This document shows, one piece after another, positions 56,706-64,000 of a DNA stretch of 64,000 bases. The notes under the pieces are model-generated. The model made no database searches. It was not told the DNA's origin and saw only the letters and a program-made list of their open reading frames with translations. This stretch comes from an uncultured delta proteobacterium (GTDB taxonomy: Bacteria; Desulfobacterota; Binatia; UBA9968). Both the position numbers and the translations under genes were made by a program. The stretch's first letter is position 1. Each line of letters opens with the position of its first letter. The stretch spans positions 160,001 through 224,000 of the forward strand of contig CAWDPO010000010.1 of the NCBI GenBank assembly GCA_963804165.1. The letters are read 5' to 3'.

Positions 56706-57380
56706 TGTATCTCCTCCCCGTGGGTTTACGCGTTGCATTGCTAAAATCTCATCGGTTGAATGTCGTCTCCTGTTCTAACTATCTATGCCTCACTCTTTAG
56801 ACGTCCGGCGTCAGTAAAAGAATGCAAGGGCAAGACCAAAGAAAAATTGTTCCAATAACAGCTCAGATTCACGACTATTACTTTTTCGGTTTCAAGCGCT
56901 CTCGGCGATGAAAACATTTTGAAAACAAAGGTGTTTTTAACTTTTCTCATTGATGCACACGGATTACTTGCGGTCTACTCAAGTCTCTCCAAAGTGCCGT
57001 TTTATTCGACTTTGCCAAAAAAGAAGGCAGCAGGAAGCGACGCTTGACGTTCGGTCAGCTGACAAAATGTCGACTTTTTCTTCTAATCTTGGACGAAAAT
57101 GTCATCCATCGAAACCATAAGTCACGGCTAGAAAACCCAACAATCCGCAGAACAAATCGAACTGCGAACTTCAGGTTCTCCTTCGTGCTGCAAAACTGGC
57201 GCATGCATGGAGAGATCACTTTCGACGGTCATTACCGACACCGAACCGACAAAGGCAACATGAAAAATCGAGTATTCGAGAGTTGGGAAAAAAGATACTT
57301 AGCGCCAGCAGACTTATTTGCGGAGTGAAGAACAACCGACGCATCAAATGCGTTATCGAGACCGGTCAACTAGCAACCAT

Positions 57381-57614
57381 TCAATTTCTGGCGCGCGTCG
57401 AAGTCGGGCTATTTTCATTCGGCGTTTTCAAACACTGCGGGCAGACCCGATCGCGGCCTTTGAACCATCCTTTAAGAAAGTGGCGTCTGCAAACGATCTT
57501 GCCACACTGAGAACACTTTCCGCCGTGGAGTTCAGAAAAATTATGGCCATATATAGCACAGGTGAAGGGAATGATGCACGAAAAAACTCGTTCATGCCGT
57601 AAAAAATTATTCAA
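57381..57614 (-). CDS. Small Cys-rich putative zinc-finger protein, possibly decayed
   Basis: CAIY...CSQC..VCRRH...CPQC pattern; start codon and RBS are unclear. Confidence 0.35.
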   Translation of the reverse strand: MNNFLRHERVFSCIIPFTCAIYGHNFSELHGGKCSQCGKIVCRRHFLKGWFKGRDRVCPQCLKTPNENSPTSTRARN

Positions 57615-58054
57615 CGTGCAATGGAAGGTCTAGTAGAAAAGAGTCTCGCATTCGTCGATGCTGTGTTGAGCCTAGAAAATCGTCGAGAGAAAAAGACAAA
57701 ATCATCCATTCGCGATGGCTTCAACAACTTTCCCTTGCGGTTTCATGACCACGAGCCGTTTGACCGCGCGGTGAATCAATGCTCCAAGAAGAACTCTGCG
57801 CAGCCGCCGGATTCCGGCACGGCAATAGCTTGTCTTAGGTAAACGAATAATCCACGTAGAAAATTGGACTCGAAGAGGGTTGGAAACATCGACGGAACCT
57901 GTGTTCGGACAAAAACAATAGCGACACCAACAATCGCAAGAAGGATCACCCAAGTTCCGATACGCTCAAGGAGCGGCTCCGTTTTGCACCGTCATTCATA
58001 CGCTGGCCAGTATCGTTGCTTCGGGAAAGATATCTTCGGATTATATTTCAACCG

Positions 58055-59086
58055 CTATTTCCCTCCATAAACCTTCTCAAAAAACCCTTCGCTGTCGAGT
58101 TTCTTGAGCCAGCTGTTGTCGACGATCTCTTCGACTTTAACCGCCGCGGCTTTGGGATTTTGTTCGGCCACGTATTTAATGACGATTTTGAAACCTTCAA
58201 GGGATGGATAGGGTTTGCGGTCGAGCTCTTCCTGGGCTTCGAGATAAAAGTCTTCGGCAGCGTCCATGTTGGCGAGCCGCAGATTGCGCGCGAGAACTTC
58301 CTTCACCGCTTGCTTGTTTTCTTTTTTGAAGATGTATCCGTACGCCTCGATGGTCGCGCGGGTGAAGCCGTCGATGGTTTTGGGATTGGCCGCGGCGTAG
58401 TCTTTTTTGATCGTCAGACCGGTATTCTGGTAAGGAATCTTTGACTGCACCATGTTGAGCAGCGGGTAATATCCCTTGCCGACCATGACTTTCGTTGCGA
58501 CGCGCTGGAGCATGCCGGCGTCGATGGCCTTGGTTTCCAGCGCCGCCATGCGGTCCGGATCGACACCGGTCTGAATGAGAGTGATCTTATCCCGCTTTAG
58601 ATCGAGTTTAAGATGCTCAAGAGCGATCAAAGCCGAAATATGCGACGAACCGCCGAAGCGCGCTGTCCCGATACGCTTTCCCTTGAGGTCTTCGGCGCGG
58701 CGCAGGTTCGGTTGAGTGACCACGGTGAAGGGTGATGTGTTGCTCAGGCCGAGAAAAAAGCTCATCTTCTCGCCCGTGGCCGCAAGATTGACCAACGAAG
58801 CCGGCGCGTTGGCAGTCATTTGCAATTCACCGGAGGCAAACATCTGGGCGACCAGCGAGCCGCTATTGACCAGGATCAACTGCACGTCGAGCCCGTACTT
58901 TTCATAGAGTTTCTTATCCTTACCGACGTATAGCGGCGCCATGTGCGGTGTCGGTGTCGAGAGCGCCACACGGACCTGCTGCAGCTTTTGCGCCCAACTC
59001 GGCTGCGCGACGAGAAGCGCTACCAGGAAAGGCACAAAAGGAAAAATGACAATCACCTTTTTCACTAAGATAACCTCCAAAGACAT
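58055..59086 (-). CDS. ABC transporter substrate-binding protein, NMT1/SsuA/TauA-like, orphan
   Basis: Signal peptide; YEKYGLDVQL, DLKGKRIG and IVDNSWL. Confidence 0.85.
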   Translation of the reverse strand: MSLEVILVKKVIVIFPFVPFLVALLVAQPSWAQKLQQVRVALSTPTPHMAPLYVGKDKKLYEKYGLDVQLILVNSGSLVAQMFASGELQMTANAPASLVNLAATGEKMSFFLGLSNTSPFTVVTQPNLRRAEDLKGKRIGTARFGGSSHISALIALEHLKLDLKRDKITLIQTGVDPDRMAALETKAIDAGMLQRVATKVMVGKGYYPLLNMVQSKIPYQNTGLTIKKDYAAANPKTIDGFTRATIEAYGYIFKKENKQAVKEVLARNLRLANMDAAEDFYLEAQEELDRKPYPSLEGFKIVIKYVAEQNPKAAAVKVEEIVDNSWLKKLDSEGFFEKVYGGK

Positions 59087-59156
59087 TATTCACCGGGCAA
59101 CAATTTTACGGAGTGTAACCGAAAGGAAGATATTGAGGCAACCTGGACCGGTCAGC

Positions 59157-62100
59157 TCAAGCGGCAACCTTGCGGACCGGCCATTGTCTGAGTATCAAAT
59201 CAGCCAGGAATAGAATCAGCCCAGCGCATGCCAACGGCCACCAGATGTCGCGTCCCTGGGTGGCCTTGCCGGGCGTCGGCTTATAGAGGCGTTCGAGACC
59301 ACGATCGAATTTTTCCGGATCGAGCATTTCGCCGCCGGTTTCTTCAGCGAGCCGGCTAAGCAACGCGAAATTGGGTTTGAGTTCGCGATACTCCTTTGGA
59401 TATGGCGAAATGTACGGAACCGTAGCCACGGGAATCGGCGCTTCCGCGCCGTTGCCTTCGGCAAACACCGTCACGAAGTGAATGCCGCGCACCGGCGTAA
59501 ACTTGCCTTCATATCGGCCAGGAGCGGTCTGCTGCAAGGCTTGTTCTTGGCTGGCCTGATTGGGCGTCGTGACATTGGCCTTGAGTTTAAGAAAATTTAG
59601 AAACTTGCCGTCGCGCGCAACCATGTCGGTGACGACTTTGATCGAATCGCCGTCGCTGTGAAAATCTGTGCGCACTCTGGTGTCAAGCATCTTACGCATG
59701 GTGTCGCGGGCGACTTGGCTGGCCCACTGCGGAAACCCCTGCCATGCAACCCAATCTCTACCCCACCGCCCGCTCAAGTCCGAAGTAAATGCCATGACCC
59801 GGCCAACTCCATAGCGCCAGGCCACCAGCAGAGGATCCTTCTCGACCCGCATCAACAACTCCGCGCGCGCTTTCGGATAGGTAAGGACATATCCCCGCAG
59901 TCCCGGCAGATTGTTTTGCGCCACTCCTTTAAGCGGGCCAGTAGACGCCACGATGCTCGGCACCACCGGTTTTTCGATCAGCAGATCGCGCGAAATCAGC
60001 AGCGTCTCAGTGGTGAAAATTTGCGGGATCGTTTGCGGATCGAGAGCCACATAACCACGCCCCCTGCCGTCCTTGGCGATATCGGCCATCAGCTGCACGT
60101 CGGCGTCGCTGCCGACCGATACGGTCGATACCGTGATGCCGTCGCGCGCCATGCGCGCCGCGAGCGAATGAAAGTCTGCCTTGTCCGTCAGCCCGTCGGA
60201 CAGCACGATCACGTGTTTGATCGCCGCCTGCTTGGCGGCGATGCCACGGTGCGCTTCGAGCATCGCTTTATAGAGATCCGTGCCACCGTCGGATTCCAGA
60301 GACGACAGCCGTTCGGAAATCCACTCGCCCTTGCCGACTTGCCGGAACGGCAAAGTCCAGTCCCAACTGGCGTCGAAGGCGAGAATACCGACCTGATCGG
60401 TCGGATTCATGATATCGGCGGCCGCGATCGCCGCAGCCTTGGCGAGATCGAGCTTGGTGCTGCCTTCCCCGCCGGCGCCCATACTGCCGGACTTATCAAG
60501 CACGAAAAGCAATGCCACATGGGGCATCTCCAGCCGCGCCGGTGGGCGCATGTCGACGGGAAGAATCCGCTCCAACGGCGTGCGGAAATAGCCGCCGGCA
60601 CCGTAACTCTGGGAGCCGCCGATGACGAGCAAGCCGCCGCCCAGGTCTCGGACGTATTTTTCGATCGTCTCCATCTTGGCGTGGGAGAGCTGAAACGCGG
60701 GAACGTTGTCGAGCACCAGAAGATCGTAGGCCGACAGCTCGGACAAGGTGAGCGGGTGCGCCGACGGCGAGGCTTCGACCACGGCGTAACCTTGAACTCG
60801 CAGCACCTTGGAGATCGCCTGCTGACTTTCCGCCTGGCCGGATAGCACGAGCACCCGCGGCGGTCCTTTCACGGCGATCACCCCCTGCAATAAGTTGTTC
60901 TCCGCCAGAGTATCGTCCGGCGACTCGACGAGCAGCTCGTAAGCGTGGTTGCCGCGCTCGGTGAGGCTATCGTGAAACGTCACCGGGTTGCTGCCCGCCT
61001 TTAAGCGCAACTCCCGCTGTGCATGCAGAACGCCGTCGCGCAGCAAACGAATCCGCGCCGGTGCTTCGCTCAAGCTCTCGATCGAACCGCGAATTTCATA
61101 TCCTTCAGCGCTGTCGACCTGGCGCGGCAGGGTCAGATCGCTGAGAAAAACTTCATTGCGGCCGCGCGACAGGCTCACCGGCAGCGTCCAAACCTGCACT
61201 CCCTGGGTGCGCAAGAGCGGAACGACCCGCGACGTTTCGCCGCGATTTTCATTGCCGTCCGAAATCAGCAGAATTTTCCCCTGGCGCCCCTCGCCGACCT
61301 GGGCCACGGCGGCTTGCAGCGCGGCTTGAATGTCGGTTTCGTCGCGGTCGAGGCGTGCGCTAAACTCACCCGCTGGAATCCCCTCGCGAGGCAAGGACTC
61401 CCATTCGGGCGTGCTGCCGAATGTCAGCAGTCCAGTGCGCGCGTTTGGATTCTTGGAGCGCGCGGCAGTGGCAAGGATTTCACGCGCTTTCTCACGCCCG
61501 TCTTGGCCGACACTGCGCGACAAATCGACCCCCAGGATCACGTCCAGAGCGGTCGTCGAGTTAAATACCCGCGGATTGAACAATGCGAAGGCAAAAGCTG
61601 CCAAAGCCGTGCCGCGAAAAATAATCGGATAAATCGGCAATCCCTGGCGGAACGCCAAAAATAGCTCGACTGCGAGCACGAGCAGGACCGCGACTAGAAG
61701 CATGGGCCAAAGCGGCAAGCCAGCGTCGATGGTCGCATTATCCGCTTCGCCGTTGTTCCCCGCCGCGCTGAGTTTCGCTCGCGGCATGATTTGCGACTCG
61801 TTTTCGTCGAAGAGATTGACCGCGAAACGGCCGTCGCGATGGGTGCTTTTGAAGCTGTAAAGACCGGCCTGGAAAGTATCGGCAAAAATCACCGGGCTGG
61901 CGGTGGAATTCAAAACTTCCTTCTTGCCGCCGGGCAAAGTGACTTCCAGCGCGCCATCACTATGCGGCAAACGCAACGCGATGGGAGCGCCGGCCTGTGT
62001 GGTCTGACCGGGGAATTCGAGGCGCTGAGGTTGAAACCATTCGAGCGCATTGTGAAAGAGAACGGGAAAAGCCACGCGTAGCGGCAAATCCGAGGCCATC

Positions 62101-63485
62101 AGATCAAAGCCGATAAACAGCACCCGGAGCTTACCCTTCTCCAACACGTAAAGCAGCGGGCTGTGCTCGGCGTGGGCGAGCGTGACACCTTCGCCACCCA
62201 CGCCCACACGCAAGGCTTCGTTCATCCTGAGATCTCCGAGATTCAGGCCATCGGTCAACGGATGCTTTGCCAGCGGCGCAACGATTCGCGGATTTTGAAC
62301 TTTACCCAGGAGCCGGATCGGCAAATTCGGCGCGACAGTACCAATCAAAATATAGTTGCCTGGCGGCAGCGTGGGCGGCGCTACACGATCGAAGATGACG
62401 ACGTCGAACGGCTGCCCCGACGGCGCGATGGACTCGTCCCAACGGGTCGCGGTGGTCAGTTGAACATTGGCAAAAAAGCGTAAGAGCTGGCTCAGATAAG
62501 GATTGCCCGCCCCGATATAAAGGACGCGCACCGGTGGCAAATCGCTGAGCACCAAGTAAGCTTGATTGTCGGTCGCAAAATCATCGTCCACTTCCAAACG
62601 CGCGACCAAGATTCCATTGAGGCTGCCGTCGTACGGATAGATGAGCACGCGCCGGTCATCGGCACCGACTTCGATGGTTTCCCGTTTCAGGATATTCTCC
62701 CCCGTCGTTAATACGAGCGGCACGCGCACCGCTTTCGCAGTAAAATTCCTGACGTGCACCATGATCTCAGCCGAAGCCGGCTGCTCGGGATGGCGCCGCA
62801 CCTCGAAACCGACGATGGCGATGTTGTCCGTGCCGCCGGCGACGTTAACGAAACGATAATGTGCGGCGGCCTTGATAAATTCTTCGGCGCCGTTGAAGGC
62901 GCTGTCGCTGATCACCACGACCTGATCTGAGCTGTCGCGCTTAAGGAACGCGTGGGCGAAAAGAATCGCGTCCTTGACCCGTCCCGGCGCGTCCGTGGCT
63001 TCAAGATCGCGCGCCAGTTCCCTCAATCTTCGTTTATCGCCGGTGAAGGGAACCAGCAGCCGCGGCTGCGCACCAGCGCCGATGACCATCATTTTTTGAC
63101 TCCCCCGGAGTTCGTCGACAAGAGCGAGAAACTGCCGCCGCGCGGCGTCGAAGCGCGACCCGCTCTTGCCTTTGGCCTTCATGCTGGCGCTCAAGTCCAA
63201 GACCGCGACCACGTCGCCGGACGTAGAGCCGAAATTACGCAATGAAGGATCGGCAAGGGCCACGATCAACGCCACCGCCGCAAGGATTTGCAGAATTAAG
63301 AGAAGATTGTTGCGCAAAAGCCAGCCCAGACGAGTGCCCAGCGGGCGTTCTCTCAGGACGCGCTCCCAGAGGAACATCGTCGTCGTGCCGATCTTCAGTC
63401 CTCTCGGCTTAAGGCTGTGCAAAAACAGGATGAGCGGAATCGCCCCGGCGAGCAATAACAATGCGTATGGAAGACCCCACAACAT
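59157..63485 (-). CDS. Large membrane-anchored protein: BatA N-terminus, three VWA domains and a GATase1-like domain
   Basis: BatA-like LW..LLLILQIL..ALADP; MIDAS motifs DLSAS, DLSRS and DKSGS; GGGLLVIGG..YGAGGY; WRYGVGRV; internal and C-terminal TM segments. Confidence 0.85.
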   Translation of the reverse strand: MLWGLPYALLLLAGAIPLILFLHSLKPRGLKIGTTTMFLWERVLRERPLGTRLGWLLRNNLLLILQILAAVALIVALADPSLRNFGSTSGDVVAVLDLSASMKAKGKSGSRFDAARRQFLALVDELRGSQKMMVIGAGAQPRLLVPFTGDKRRLRELARDLEATDAPGRVKDAILFAHAFLKRDSSDQVVVISDSAFNGAEEFIKAAAHYRFVNVAGGTDNIAIVGFEVRRHPEQPASAEIMVHVRNFTAKAVRVPLVLTTGENILKRETIEVGADDRRVLIYPYDGSLNGILVARLEVDDDFATDNQAYLVLSDLPPVRVLYIGAGNPYLSQLLRFFANVQLTTATRWDESIAPSGQPFDVVIFDRVAPPTLPPGNYILIGTVAPNLPIRLLGKVQNPRIVAPLAKHPLTDGLNLGDLRMNEALRVGVGGEGVTLAHAEHSPLLYVLEKGKLRVLFIGFDLMASDLPLRVAFPVLFHNALEWFQPQRLEFPGQTTQAGAPIALRLPHSDGALEVTLPGGKKEVLNSTASPVIFADTFQAGLYSFKSTHRDGRFAVNLFDENESQIMPRAKLSAAGNNGEADNATIDAGLPLWPMLLVAVLLVLAVELFLAFRQGLPIYPIIFRGTALAAFAFALFNPRVFNSTTALDVILGVDLSRSVGQDGREKAREILATAARSKNPNARTGLLTFGSTPEWESLPREGIPAGEFSARLDRDETDIQAALQAAVAQVGEGRQGKILLISDGNENRGETSRVVPLLRTQGVQVWTLPVSLSRGRNEVFLSDLTLPRQVDSAEGYEIRGSIESLSEAPARIRLLRDGVLHAQRELRLKAGSNPVTFHDSLTERGNHAYELLVESPDDTLAENNLLQGVIAVKGPPRVLVLSGQAESQQAISKVLRVQGYAVVEASPSAHPLTLSELSAYDLLVLDNVPAFQLSHAKMETIEKYVRDLGGGLLVIGGSQSYGAGGYFRTPLERILPVDMRPPARLEMPHVALLFVLDKSGSMGAGGEGSTKLDLAKAAAIAAADIMNPTDQVGILAFDASWDWTLPFRQVGKGEWISERLSSLESDGGTDLYKAMLEAHRGIAAKQAAIKHVIVLSDGLTDKADFHSLAARMARDGITVSTVSVGSDADVQLMADIAKDGRGRGYVALDPQTIPQIFTTETLLISRDLLIEKPVVPSIVASTGPLKGVAQNNLPGLRGYVLTYPKARAELLMRVEKDPLLVAWRYGVGRVMAFTSDLSGRWGRDWVAWQGFPQWASQVARDTMRKMLDTRVRTDFHSDGDSIKVVTDMVARDGKFLNFLKLKANVTTPNQASQEQALQQTAPGRYEGKFTPVRGIHFVTVFAEGNGAEAPIPVATVPYISPYPKEYRELKPNFALLSRLAEETGGEMLDPEKFDRGLERLYKPTPGKATQGRDIWWPLACAGLILFLADLILRQWPVRKVAA

Positions 63486-63488
63486 GAC

Positions 63489-64000
63489 TCAGGCTACGCT
63501 GCTCACCTGACGAAGCGTTTGCAAGACAAATTCGTCGAACGGCACCTGCGTCGACGTGCGCAGATAATCGATCTGCCGGCTCGCGCAAACGGCTTCAATT
63601 TCCTTGCAGTAACGGTCCAATTCCGCCTGAAAGCGCCGCACTAGATCCGCGTCGAGAAAAAACTTGCGTTCGCGGCCGCCTTCGACGTCGACCAGCGCGA
63701 TGTCGCCCCACGGCTTCGGCTGGGTCTCGCGTTCCTCGACCACGTGGATGACCAGGAGTTGGTATCTTTTGGCGGACAATTCTTCCAATGCCGCGCGCCA
63801 ACCGGCGGGATCGAACAAGTCGCTGACAATGACCACGAAACCGGGATGCGGGAACAATTTTGTAAATGAATGAATCGCCGCACGCAGATTGGTCTCGCCG
63901 CTACAGGAAAGCTTGCCGAGGAAGTGGAACAAGCTGAGTACTTGCTTTCTTCCTCGCCCGAGCGTCAACGGCGCTTGCAGATGCGTCGAAAACGACGCGC
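63489..64000 (-). CDS. DUF58 domain protein, 5' end outside the window
   Basis: GETNL, VVIVSDLFD, LLVIHV and LVDVEGG; typical member of MoxR-DUF58-VWA operons. Confidence 0.82.
   Translation of the reverse strand, partial: ASFSTHLQAPLTLGRGRKQVLSLFHFLGKLSCSGETNLRAAIHSFTKLFPHPGFVVIVSDLFDPAGWRAALEELSAKRYQLLVIHVVEERETQPKPWGDIALVDVEGGRERKFFLDADLVRRFQAELDRYCKEIEAVCASRQIDYLRTSTQVPFDEFVLQTLRQVSSVA

Noticed and set aside
59658-60845. Long antisense ORFs (395 aa here; also 22629-23492, 23674-24510, 31095-31874 and 49932-50732)
   Set aside because: These are shadow frames opposite well-supported genes in GC-rich DNA and have no recognisable motifs.

Overview
A 64 kb bacterial chromosomal segment, GC-rich by eye and almost all coded on the minus strand. 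Gene content and order look deltaproteobacterial-like; Candidatus Binatia/Desulfobacterota is an inference, not a tested assignment. The housekeeping blocks are xerC-hslV-hslU-argB-argD, rpmE-prfA-prmC-murA-hisD-hisB-hisH-hisA, nadK-recN-tRNA-Ala(GGC) and era-der-ogt-dprA-topA-trmFO-ppx-hup-ilvE. The main accessory element is a ~17 kb aryl polyene (APE)/xanthomonadin-like type II PKS/FAS cluster at 8310-25282. It carries a MIO aromatic amino acid ammonia-lyase and an FAD-dependent halogenase-like enzyme. Other notable items: (1) a phnD-phnC-phnE transporter operon split by an antisense cNMP-patatin phospholipase gene, a possible non-contiguous operon; (2) a secreted protein resembling eukaryotic RMDN/PTPIP51 TPR proteins; (3) an orphan AAA ATPase; (4) a 1442-aa triple-VWA fusion next to a DUF58 gene; (5) several families of short intergenic repeats. 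Many genes, including normally essential ones, carry single-base frameshifts, most likely long-read consensus errors. No CRISPR array, IS element or prophage was seen.
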